Assembly (NCBI GenBank): GCA_030141605.1
Contig: JAQGDQ010001741.1
Location: 1 to 27,175 of the forward strand
DNA: 27,175 nucleotides
Source: Tubiluchus corallicola
Lineage: Eukaryota > Animalia > Priapulida
Reading direction: 5' to 3'
Shown: in pieces, positions 1-10,345 of the stretch
How positions within the stretch are numbered: position 1 is the stretch's first letter
Layout: each line of letters opens with the position of its first letter
The notes under the pieces: generated by a model
The model's database searches: none
What the model was told of the DNA's origin: nothing
The model's input: the letters and a program-made list of their open reading frames with translations, nothing else
Made by a program: the position numbers and the translations under genes

Positions 1-630
<630 letters not shown>

Positions 631-781
631 ACGAGCGAGTTAAAATTGGTTAAATTGGCATTCACACGTCAGTAAATGTGCTGTAATACTTTAGGTTACA
701 TTTTTACTATTTAATTAACTATGTATTTTGCATTTGAGAATTTTTTGCTACACAAGTGTGGGAAGCCTTAGATGTTTACAC

Positions 782-1264
782 CAGGGGTGTGCAAATTATC
801 TGACTAGCCGGGCCACATTAAACTTTCCCGCAATTCCTGCGGGCCACAGGCACTTTGATCAAGGAGCCAAGTACAGAAAGGCCTAATAACGATTTTTTTT
901 GCATCCGACCTGCGTACATCATTACTACTACACTCAAGAAACTATTTTAGAAGTTATTAAAATTTATATTACAAACCATATATTTCTACTTTCAGGACAG
1001 ATAGTGGTAATTTCATTACAATGCATATTAGTAATGTGTATCACACAGTCTGTGTAGTACAGTGACATTAAGCTACAACCGTCTTGTAAGGGTTAATGGC
1101 ATCCAATCTAGTAGAAAAAACTACCCGCACTATCTTTGGGATCGTGGCACGGACTTCAGCTGGATACACTCAATTAATCGCCCGGGCCGCACTTTCATTA
1201 GGTTGACAAATCTCTTTGCGGGCCGCACAAATTCTCTCGGCGGGCCGCAATTTGCCCACCCCTG
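782..1264. mobile_element. Non-autonomous hAT (Charlie-like) MITE
   Basis: TIRs CAGGGGTGTGCAAATT / AATTTGCCCACCCCTG, subterminal GCGGGCCGC motifs, 8-bp TSD gtttacac / gattacac (7/8). Confidence 0.85.
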
Positions 1265-1356
1265 GATTACACGTTTGCAATCAACGAGTTCAAAGATAGT
1301 GCATCTTGACAAGAGCAGTTTGTTTTTTCTATTTTTGGATTCGTTTCTATTTCCAG

Positions 1357-1458
1357 GACGTCAGCATCTTTAGAAAACAAGGATAACTCATATCTCAGTT
1401 TGCCGGACAAAAGTGGGGAAGACATCGGTCCGAATTCGCCGATTGTCCGTATTTACCG
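1357..1458 (+). other. Candidate internal coding exon of an antisense (plus-strand) gene: TSASLENKDNSYLSLPDKSGEDIGPNSPIVRIY
   Basis: Long pyrimidine tract ending tttctatttccag. 102 nt (3n); only the phase-2 frame is open. Moderate donor CG|GTACTA. No homology recognised. Confidence 0.35.
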
Positions 1459-1631
1459 GTACTAAGCTAATACGGTAGTAGGCACCGTGTATTAGACTCA
1501 CAGTAATGTAGAATTAATCGCCTAATTGTTTCAAAAATGTCAAGTCCGGGCCGCTCCTATGTAAAAGTGTATAAAACCTGTCGGCATTTGACTTTATATT
1601 TTTAGACATGGTTAAATTTTAATTATATATA

Positions 1632-3054
1632 CAGTGTTCCTTCGCGGTTCGTTTATCGCGGACTCGCTGTTTCACGGGTTTTCAAAAATATTAATGTAAA
1701 ATATTTACCGCAGTATTTCCGCTGGTCCGCGGGTTTTTGCGCTACTCCGTCTAAAGTATTTTTGCACATGCGTAGTACGTATTGTACAGTGATGTATACA
1801 TTTGATGAATTTTGCATAAAAAAATCACAAAATGTATAAAAATATGTTAAAAATATTAATTCTAATATTAAAAGAATATTATAAATCATAAAGAATTACC
1901 ATTTACAGTAAATAGTGTGTTTATTTGGCGTATCAATACGCACCAAAAACGAAATGTAGTACTTGCGCCCGCTTGAGATGCTACTTGCCGACGTGAGATT
2001 GTACACACTTTTTAGTTGTTAAAACATTTTTATGATTGATGGAAAGCTTTTTAAAAGGTACATGTACAGTATGGGAAAAGTTATTAAGGGAATGGGAAGG
2101 GTTTGGGGAGGGTTTATAAAGACTTAAAATAATGTATAACTACTAAAGTGGGAAAGGGTTATGTATAAGAGTGTGGGGAGGGTTTATAAAGACTTAAAAT
2201 AATGTATAACTACTAAAGTGGGAAAGGGTTATGTATAAGAGTGTGGGAGGGTTTATAAAGACTTAAAATAATGTATAACTACTAAAGTGGGAAAGGGTTA
2301 TGTATAAGAGTGTGGGAGGGTTTATAAAGACTTAAAATAATGTATAACTACTAAAGTGGGAAAGGGTTATGTATAAGAGTGTGGGGAGGGTTTATAAAGA
2401 CTTAAAATAATGTATAACTACTAAAGTGGGAAAGGGTTATGTATAAGAGTGTGGGGAGGGTTTATAAAGACTTAAAATAATGTATAACTACTAAAGTGGG
2501 AAAGGGTTATGTATAAGAGTGTGGGGAGGGTTTATAAAGACTTAAAATAATGTATAACTACTAAAGTGGGAAAGGGTTATGTATAAGAGTGTGGGGAGGG
2601 TTTATAAAGACTTAAAATAATGTATAACTACTAAAGTGGGAAAGGGTTATGTATAAGAGTGTGGGGAGGGTTTATAAAGACTTAAAATAATGTATAACTA
2701 CTAAAGTGGGAAAGGGTTATGTATAAGAGTGTGGGGAGGGTTTATAAAGACTCAAAATAATGTATAACTACTAAAGTGGGAAAGGGTTATGTATAAGAGT
2801 GTGGGGAGGGTTTATAAAGACTTAAAATAATGCATAACTACTAAAGTGGGAAAGGGTTATGTATAAGAGTGTGGGGAGGGTTTATAAAGACTCAAAATAA
2901 TGTATAACTACTAAAGTGGGAAAGGGTTATGAATAAGAGTGTGGGGAGGGTTTATGAAGACTTAAAATAATGTATAACTAATAAAGTAAGTATAGGGTCC
3001 CTACTTTGCGGAAATTCACTTATCGCGGGTGGGGAATGGAACGGAACGGAACTG
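1632..3054. mobile_element. Tigger/pogo-like (Tc1/mariner superfamily) non-autonomous element containing an expanded minisatellite
   Basis: Begins TA|CAGTGTTCC...TTATCGCGG. Right part carries ACTTTGCGGAAATTCACTTATCGCGGG and a degraded terminus (GGAACTG). Right TIR and TSD are incomplete. Confidence 0.6.
2105..2986. repeat. 70-bp minisatellite, about 13 near-identical copies
   Basis: Unit GGGGAGGGTTTATAAAGACTTAAAATAATGTATAACTACTAAAGTGGGAAAGGGTTATGTATAAGAGTGT; tttataaaga recurs at 2461, 2531, 2601 and so on. Confidence 0.97.
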
Positions 3055-3569
3055 CATTAAATTAATTACAAACCTTAATGAAACCTTTTAACATGCTGAC
3101 ATACAAGCTACACACGTGTCGTTACACGCTACTTTGTTACACTGATGTATGCGATGTAAACAAAGAGACAGCCCGCCAACTAGCGGTCAGCTCGCAAACA
3201 ACTGGACTGTGTGTGTCGTATGCGGGAGACTTTTTAGCTTCCAGATTTTATCAGTTTCTTCCTATAACTGTGAAAGCAAGGTCCGGCACACCGAGACAGG
3301 CACTTAATACTTGAAGACCAAAGTTAAGCAACTGGGAATCTGGGCAGTAGTATCACTGGTGACCACTACTCTTGATAACCGACTAGAAACCGATTCCGGT
3401 CAGCGCGCTAGTGACTTGTAGCTTTGCCGCTAAGTAAAGTCAAACCGCAAGACTCTTGTTATTAAAGACAGCGGTAGAATTTATTCGACAGATTTCCAAT
3501 AGGAACATGCTGTACTTATTACATACTAAAAGTGTTACAATCATTGTTAGTATCCATTCTAGCACATAC

Positions 3570-3654
3570 CTTAGATGCAGCCGTGAGAGCAAAACGAGCC
3601 AGGGCGCTTGCCTTCCCCAAATCCACGAGGAGTAGAAAGAACGGCAGAGCTTCG
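3570..3654 (-). CDS. HMGCR: HMG-CoA reductase, fourth coding exon ([28 protein letters not shown])
   Basis: Acceptor ttattttgttttatag, donor AAG|GTATGT, 85 nt, phase 2 to 0. Aligns with human [28 protein letters not shown]. Confidence 0.97.
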
Positions 3655-4121
3655 CTATAAAACAAAATAAATTCCATTGCACAAGATTTCCCATATTGTC
3701 ACTAGAATCTTCAGAAAATCGTAGGTACCTTAAAAGTTTCTTTTTCAATAAAAATCAATTAGTGGTGTTGACAAACCGTGGACATAGCCGTGTCTTAGGA
3801 CATATGTCTTATATTTTAGAATGTTGCGTACCCATTGTCTACAATATGTGTGCTTGCATAACAAAATCATCCATAAGTCGGCAATTAAGCTTTTCTAGTT
3901 ATTCACGTATCCTGAATTTCCATTTCATGAGGATCATTTTGATACCAAGTTCATCACTCTACGTTATTTCTAAGCTGAGATAATTCACATTGAAGTTGAG
4001 GTGCAGGCTGCGCAGTGAAAAACATAACCTTGAGAAAATTGCTGCTAAAGTCAATTTTCGCTTTCGCAAACATTTCCAAACACGTGCCACACGCTCGTGG
4101 AATGTTTTTGCTGTTGAAAAT

Positions 4122-4561
4122 TATGTAAGTTTGTGATGTCATCAATAGTTGGGCTCGCCCGCCATTAATTAAATTTTTAATCTATTATTTAATTATCAGT
4201 ATTATTTTAATCTATCATTTAATTTTGCAGTATTAATCGTGTTACAGTGTATACTTTTGATCGTACTTGATGAAGATGGGGGCAGTGTTTGAGAAATCAT
4301 CATGTCTTCGATCAAACGTCAAAAAAAATTGAAATGAACTCACTTTAGACCGATGATGTCGTTATGTTAGTTTGTGATGTCATGAATAGTTGCGCCCGCC
4401 CGCCATTAATTAAATTTTTAATCTATTATTTAATTATCAAAAATGCTTTTGCGATATTAACTTGTTACGGTGTATACTTTTGATCGTACTTGATCATCAT
4501 GTCTTCGATCAAACGGCAAAAAAACATTTGAAATGAACTCACTTTAGACCGGTGATGTCGC
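4122..4561. repeat. Imperfect tandem duplication (about 200-240 bp) that includes the 3' end and donor of HMGCR exon 4630-4543
   Basis: gaaatgaactcactttagaccg(a/g)tgatgtcg occurs at about 4331-4361 and 4530-4560; gtttgtgatgtcat..aatagttg...gccattaattaaatttttaatc occurs twice. Confidence 0.9.
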
Positions 4562-4630
4562 TCTTCACTAGATTCAACACAGCAGTACTGAACACAAAGC
4601 TTGAGAATACAGTGAACAGAAGGGCAATAC
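4543..4630 (-). CDS. HMGCR: HMG-CoA reductase, third coding exon ([30 protein letters not shown])
   Basis: Acceptor ttttttacag, donor AA|GTGAGT, 88 nt, phase 1 to 2. Aligns with human [30 protein letters not shown]. Confidence 0.97.
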
Positions 4631-4740
4631 CTGTAAAAAATGATAAAGAGCTAATTAGAGGCAGCGAACTAATTACCCGGTAAAATACATTCACTTTCAC
4701 CGTAAAAGATACTTTGGGGTGAGATGGCAACAACCCTCAG

Positions 4741-5235
4741 TCACCCATCCATTTGCCGACCTGCATCAATGTTGCCTAACTTTGTTTGCTAAATATTCAC
4801 TGTGACGGCTTGGCTAACTGCACACTCAATGGTTGATCAAACACACATCGCTATAGTTCTACAAAGGCTAAGATAAAAGGAAAATCACCCATCCAGTTAT
4901 TGACATTCCTCAATGTTGCTTAACTATGTTTGCTAAATACTCTGTGACTGCTCGGTTAACCCCCTCATCCAATTTACGGTCAAAGACTCGTTGATATAGT
5001 TCTACAAAAGCTAAGATAAAAGGAAAATCACCCATCCAGTTATTGACATTCCTCAATGTTGCTTAACTATGTTTGCTAAATACTCACCATGACTGCTTGT
5101 TTAACAATCCACCCTATATATGACCAGACACTCATTGCTATAGTTCAACAATAGCTAAGATAAAAAGGAAAATCACCCATCCACTTACTAACATGCCTCA
5201 ATGTTGCTTAACTTTGTTTGCCAAATACTCACTGT
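4741..5235. repeat. Diverged tandem repeat, unit about 144 bp, about 3.5 copies (HMGCR intron)
   Basis: tcacccatcc at 4741, 4885, 5028 and 5173, each followed by tcaatgttgc.taact.tgtttg. Confidence 0.9.
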
Positions 5236-5253
5236 AAGCTAACTAAAGCTTAC

Positions 5254-5362
5254 CCAATATATACTTTGAGCCAATCTTCTTGAGATTACGGAATTGCAGG
5301 TAAATGTAAACCACGGCTAGGCACTTTGTGGAGGTCAAAATGAAAGCATCGTTGTCTGTCTT
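5254..5362 (-). CDS. HMGCR: HMG-CoA reductase, second coding exon ([37 protein letters not shown])
   Basis: Translated by hand; not in the ORF track. Acceptor ttttttcttgtag, donor G|GTAAGC, 109 nt, phase 0 to 1. Aligns with human [33 protein letters not shown]. Confidence 0.96.
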
Positions 5363-5676
5363 CTACAAGAAAAAACGACGAATTAAGATTAAATGACGAA
5401 CATCAAGTGCCACATGACGAACAGGCGCAAGGTATTAAATGACGAATTAAGATTATAGACAAAAAAAACAGTAGCAAGGCCTCAGCCACCAGGGGCATAT
5501 TAATCATATTAATTAATGTGGCACATGTAAATATTTATCTGAAGGGTGCATCTTATAACACACCACAAGCAGTTACTGAGCGCTGTTTTTATACAAGTGC
5601 CACATGACGAACAGGTGCAAGGTAGTACACAACAAAAAGTTGCGCAGCCTGCTTGAATATAAGCGCTGTGCAAATA

Positions 5677-5858
5677 CATGTAATTAATAATGACCACTGT
5701 GACGACCACTGGCATGTAATTAATAATGACCACTGTGACGACCACTGGCATGTAATTAATAATGACCACTGTGACGACCCCTGGCATGTAATTAAAAATG
5801 ACCACTCTGATGATCCCTGGCATGTAATTTATAATGACCACTGTGATGACCACTGGCA
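5677..5858. repeat. 36-bp minisatellite, 5 copies
   Basis: Unit CATGTAATTAATAATGACCACTGTGACGACCACTGG. Confidence 0.95.
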
Positions 5859-6145
5859 CCATTTTTGACACTCCATGGTTTAACAGCTAGGTAGAACTTT
5901 ACCTAGTTCATTTTTCTTGTTTCCAAGCAAGATCCTGCTAGTAAATCACTCCACGCACAGACAAATGCATAATTACCTACAATCCATGTAAACCAACTGA
6001 AGTTACTGAGCTGATGCAGCAGACGGCTTTGCTTTACACACTTGTCACGGGACATTGGTTGGTATTAAGAACCTGTTGCTGTGGTACACTTAACCTTTGA
6101 CCTACAGCAACTGCGCGCGCGCACGACAAAACTGCGAAAAGCCAC

Positions 6146-6410
6146 ATTAGCTAGAACATAATTAATAACGAAAATTTCACCTGTTCCGGGCAGCTGTAGT
6201 TACAGAGCTGATGCAGCATACGGCTTTGCTTTACACACTTGTCACTATAATTAGCTAGATCATAATTAATAACGGAAATTTCACCTGTTCCGGGCAGCTG
6301 TAGTTACAGAGCTGATGCAGCATACGGCTTTGCTTTACACACTTGTCACTATAATTAGCTAGATCATAATTAATAACGGAAATTTCACCTGTTCCGGGCA
6401 GCTGTAATTA
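6146..6410. repeat. 104-bp tandem repeat containing the 3' end and donor of the first coding exon (3 donor copies)
   Basis: aatttcacctgttccgggcagctgta occurs three times, with the donor G at 6180, 6284 and 6388. Confidence 0.95.
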
Positions 6411-6544
6411 TAACCACAGATTTTCTCGGAGCTGAAAGCGCTCATGGACATGATGACGAGGAGCGTGATGGTGCCGACGATCACCTCCCACGGATGGGAG
6501 GCGCAGAACCTCCCGTGAATGTAGAACGCTCGCGATATCATCAT
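6389..6544 (-). CDS. HMGCR: HMG-CoA reductase, first coding exon ([29 protein letters not shown]...[11 protein letters not shown])
   Basis: Translation matches the animal HMGCR N-terminus (human [27 protein letters not shown]...ICGWNYECP). Acceptor tgttttgcttcag ends at 6558, leaving 13 nt of 5' UTR. Phase-0 donor CAG|GTGAAA follows 6389. 156 nt coding. Confidence 0.97.
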
Positions 6545-6825
6545 CGTTGCGGTTTATCTGAAGCAAAACAGAAAAATGCAGTTGTTATATTGTTATAAAA
6601 TAATCCAAAGTAAAACAACTGAAGTTACTGAGATGATGCAGCAGACGGCTTTGCTTTACACGCCTGTCACGGGACATTGGTTGTAATTAAGAACCTGTTG
6701 CTGTGGTACTCTTAACCTTAACCAAGGAAGACAGTATAAAGTGTTACAGTGTAGAATTGAGGACATAGGCCGACAATAAAAATAGTTTTGTTTCTACCTA
6801 ATTTGTCACACACTAACACATCTAA

Positions 6826-7017
6826 GCTGAGAGGTACAGCACCTTTTTTGTGCAATGTGTTTCTGACATGCAGGTGCTAGTGCCCCTCTAACTAGCGAAT
6901 GGCGAGATGTAAGCTACAGCGAACAACTAGTGGCGCGAACGCGAAATTGTGTTTTGTGTGGTAATAATTCTTTCACGTAAGCCATTTTTGAAAGAATAAC
7001 ATGTTTGCTTTCAATAT
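6826..7017. repeat. Dispersed repeat shared with 13290-13485; continues at 8016-8047 after a roughly 1 kb insertion
   Basis: gctagtgccc.tctaactagc.aa.ggcga and gaaattgtgttt(t)gtgtggtaataat.ctttca.gtaag are shared by both loci. Confidence 0.8.
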
Positions 7018-7173
7018 TAAAAATAAAGTCACTCCCTTTCAACTTTTAAAAAAACCGTCAGAAAAGAAATATTTCAAAAGTATTGAGAGTAACACAGTTT
7101 GATAATGTGACTATGCTTAATCTTAATAAAACGTGACTATGCTCAACAAGTTACTGAACACTTTATAATCATG

Positions 7174-7744
7174 ATCACAGTTTTTCTTAGTTCTCGGTAC
7201 ATTTCATCTTTCATTCACTACTCCCCCCACATCACAGTTTTTCTTAGTTCTCGCTCCATTTCATCTTTCATTCACTACTCCCCCCACATCACAGTTTTTC
7301 TTAGTTCTCGCTCCATTTCATCTTTCATTCACTACTCCCCCCACATCACAGTTTTTCTTAGTTCTCGCTCCATTTCATCTTTCATTCACTACTCCCCCTA
7401 CATCACAGTTTTTCTTAGTTCTCGCTCCATTTCATCTTTCATTCACTACTCCCCCTACATCACAGTTTTTCTTAGTTCTCGCTCCATTTCATCTTTCATT
7501 CACTACTCCCCCACATCACAGTTTTTCTTAGTTCTCGCTCCATTTCATCTTTCATTCACTACTCCCCCACATCACGGTTTTTCTTAGTTCTCGCTCCATT
7601 TCATCTTTCATTCACTACTCCCCCCACATCACAGTTTTTCTTAGTTCTCGCTCCATTTCATCTTTCATTCACTACTCCCCCCACATCACAGTTTTTCTTA
7701 GTTCTCGCTCCATTTCATCTTTCATTCACTACTCCCCCCCCCAC
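7174..7744. repeat. 57-bp pyrimidine-rich minisatellite, about 10 copies
   Basis: Unit ATCACAGTTTTTCTTAGTTCTCGCTCCATTTCATCTTTCATTCACTACTCCCCCCAC. Confidence 0.97.
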
Positions 7745-8015
7745 TTTTATGTATATATTATCATTATTTCAATTATTAATCACTTCTTTAAGATTTCCAC
7801 GTACAGTTTGGCCTGTCAAGCTATGCTTTTAGGCTCAAACTGTATGCATCAAAATTACTCTGTAATGTAATTTGCACATGTATATGCTGCATAAGAATCT
7901 CTTTTGTAATTTCTGGATTATATTGCATTTATATTTATATTTACTTCAGTGAAATTATCTGTATTTTTATTATAACTGTTAGATGCAGAGTGGAAATAAA
8001 TAAACTTATAAACTT
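7745..8015 (+). mobile_element. Probable 3' end of a non-LTR retrotransposon (LINE/SINE tail)
   Basis: Stem-loop tacagtttggcct...aggctcaaactgta (7802-7844), AT-rich tail ending aataaataaacttataaactta, and it interrupts the dispersed repeat. Family not identifiable. Confidence 0.4.
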
Positions 8016-8047
8016 ATTTTAAAGAGTAGATTGTTTTGATCTACAGT

Positions 8048-8609
8048 CAGCGGCAGATTATGATTTTATGGGCCTTAGGCTTGAGCTTGGAACGGGCCTT
8101 TTAAATGTTGCTACACTGCTGAGCTGACGTGTTTTTGTGGAGCTCTCGTCGTTTGTAAGTTTGTTTAATTTTGTGAGTTTTTGCCCACCGATTGTGATAA
8201 AAATTACATCTTCTTGATCCTTGAGTTGTGGACTAGGACTATATAAACACGATTACAGCTTGGTGAAAAAAATTGACTTTTCAGAAATTATAACTGACTT
8301 TGGCCCCAGAAAAATTCGGAAACTGAAATTTTGAACTTAAACTTAAACTGTGTAAACGTGAATTGTGTAAACTTAAATTGTGTAAACTTGAATTGTGTAA
8401 ACTTGAATTGTGTAAACCCGATTTGAAATATAGTAACTGACTTTTGAAAAAAAAACTTTTTCTATATTTTATTTTGGCGGGCCCCTTGCTCTTTTGTCAA
8501 TTTATTTTTTTTACAAAAAAAAATTTTACGTCGTTTTATTTTGCGGGGCCCCTTTTGATCCCGGGCCTTAGGCTTCAGCCTATTCAGCCTATAGGGCTAT
8601 CCGCTACAG
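8048..8609. mobile_element. hAT-type MITE
   Basis: Degenerate TIRs CAGCGGCAGAT / ATCCGCTACAG, subterminal GGGCCTTAGGCT at both ends, exact 8-bp TSD TCTACAGT (8040-8047 and 8610-8617). Internal 15-bp repeats at about 8340-8417. Confidence 0.85.
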
Positions 8610-8619
8610 TCTACAGTTT

Positions 8620-8880
8620 AAGATTGGTTCCGGTTTTGCTTTAAGAGCACGTCACGTGACTTGAAGCGGGAATTCCCAAAATGAACCTCAAGAGTTAAAC
8701 TCTGTTAAGCATGTAAATGGAATTCGAAGGTTACACAACTGGCTCTGGCTGAGACAAGGTTTGGTTTGTGATTTTAGCTGTTTACGCAATAGTGAGCTCA
8801 CGTGATTTCAAAACCCGGATGTAACAACAGCTGGGTCAGCACACGTGATTTCAAAACCCGGATGTAACAACAGCTGGGTT
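8620..8880. promoter_or_regulatory. Motif-dense candidate enhancer or promoter (E-boxes, ETS, NF-kB-like, CCAAT)
   Basis: ATTGG 8623, TTCCGG 8628, GTCACGTGAC 8651-8660, GGGAATTCCC 8668-8677, TCACGTGAT 8798-8806, CACGTGAT 8842-8849, CCGGATGT twice. Confidence 0.45.
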
Positions 8881-9009
8881 AAAATATTCTAAACCCACGT
8901 AATATATAAATAAACAGGTTTTGTGTTGCTGTTTAACATTCGCAGTTAACAGCTCGGCTGCTGGAATTACTTGAATTCTTCTCAGTGTTACAAAACTTTC
9001 AATCAGAGC

Positions 9010-9820
9010 AATAGTAATAGTAGTCGTAATAGTAATAGTAGTCCTAATAGTAATAGTAGTCGTAATAGTAATAGTAGTCGTAATAGTAATAGTAGTCGTA
9101 ATAGTAATAGTAGTCGTAATAGTAATAGTAGTCGTAATAGTAATAGTAGTCGTAATAGTAATAGTAGTCGTAATAGTAACAGTAGTCGTAATAATAATAG
9201 CAGTAGTAGTCGTAATAGTAATAGTAGTCGTAATAGTAACAGTAGTCGTAATAGTAATAGCAGTAGTAGTCGTAATAGCAATAGTAGTCGTAGTCGTAAT
9301 AGCAATAGTAGTCGTAATAGCAATAGCAGTAGTAGTCGTAATAGCAATAGCAGTCGTAATAGTAATAGCAGTAGTTGTCGTAATAGTAATAGCAGTAGTA
9401 GTCGTAATAGTAATAGCAGTAGTAGTCGTAATAGCAATAGTGGTCGTAATAGTAATAGCAGTAGTAGTCGTAATAGTAACAGTAGTCGTAATAGTAATAG
9501 TAGTCGTAATAGTAACAGCAGTAGTAGTCGTAATAGTAACAGTAGTCGTAATAGTAATAGTAGTCGTAATAGTAATAGCAATAGTAATAGTAGTAATAGT
9601 CGTAATACTGATAGGAATAGTAATAGCAATAGTAATAGCAATAGTAGTAGTAATAGTAATAGTAATAGCAATAGTAATAGTAATAGTGTATAGTAATAGT
9701 AATAGCAATAGTAATAGCAGTAGTAATAGTAATAGCAATAGTAATAGTAGTAATAATCGTAATACTGATAGGAATAGTAATAGCAGTAGTAATAGTAATA
9801 GCAGTAGTAGTAGTAATAGT
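9010..9820. repeat. Compound trinucleotide satellite (TAG/TAA/TCG/CAG)
   Basis: Directly visible; explains the low-complexity ORFs 8851-9826. Confidence 0.98.
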
Positions 9821-9879
9821 TTGTAATAAATAATTGAAAATTTGTACTTAGATAAGCAAATTACCTTAAATCTTGACGG

Positions 9880-10335
9880 CCCCTTTATTTATTCATTATT
9901 TTATTTTAAATTATTATTATTTATTATTTTAGATTTATTTTACACATTTAAATGTACATAGCATTGTATAAAAATTAAAAAAGCCATTCAGCTATACTAT
10001 AAAATTACGATATAAGATAATAAAATATTTACATAATGTTCATACATACGAACCCAGACACAAAATATAAATACACAAGACAAATCACTAAAAATACAAC
10101 ATACAGAGGGCGCAAAACCCAATAAGTCACCATTAAAATGATAAAAGATGTTGATAATACAAAACATAGTTTGTGCCTATTCGTCCATATAACTGTATTG
10201 TTATATGCAGAGGGAACATACAATTTATCAATTATATCATCAAGTATTTCTGCCATCCCATATATGAAGGATACTGCCATCTTTCTCGTAATAATATCAT
10301 AGTTAGGAATATTAAAATTATATAAAATTATTTTC
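9880..10335 (-). mobile_element. Possible 5'-truncated non-LTR retrotransposon (RTE-like ORF2 C-terminus plus 3' tail)
   Basis: Minus-strand frame FNIPNYDIITRKMAVSFIYGMAEILDDIIDKL...IWTNRHKL loosely resembles RTE/RTEX ORF2 ends, followed by an (AAT)-rich tail. Recognised by eye only. Confidence 0.35.
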
Positions 10336-10345
10336 CTTATTTCAG

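Larger units (their letters stand above)
5991..6719. repeat. Direct repeats of about 107 bp (5991-6097 and 6613-6719) flanking the first coding exon
   Basis: caactgaagttactgag.tgatgcagcagacggctttgctttacac...gggacattggttg...aagaacctgttgctgtggtac.cttaacctt is present on both sides of the exon. Confidence 0.9.

Noticed and set aside
660-3560. Next HMGCR exon (expected ENIARGMAILGP-like sequence)
   Set aside because: Not found by eye on the minus strand; probably beyond the left edge of the window.
3975-4124. Further plus-strand exon ending at GTAAGT (4125)
   Set aside because: All frames from the nearest acceptor hit stops, and the GTAAGT belongs to a dispersed repeat.
4539-4733. ORF-track 64-aa protein as a standalone gene
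   Set aside because: Only 4630-4543 is a real HMGCR exon; the rest is intron read-through.
5509-5871. His/Asp/Cys-rich repeat peptide (HVINNDHCDDHW)n, metal-binding-like
   Set aside because: A 36-bp intronic minisatellite that stays in frame because its unit is 3n; no ATG or splice context supports it.
7171-7587. 138-aa repetitive ORF
   Set aside because: A 57-bp minisatellite; the frame breaks where the C-run length changes.
8851-9826. Long ORFs rich in T/I, S/N/R, L/R or V/I
   Set aside because: All come from a trinucleotide satellite that is open in several frames on both strands.
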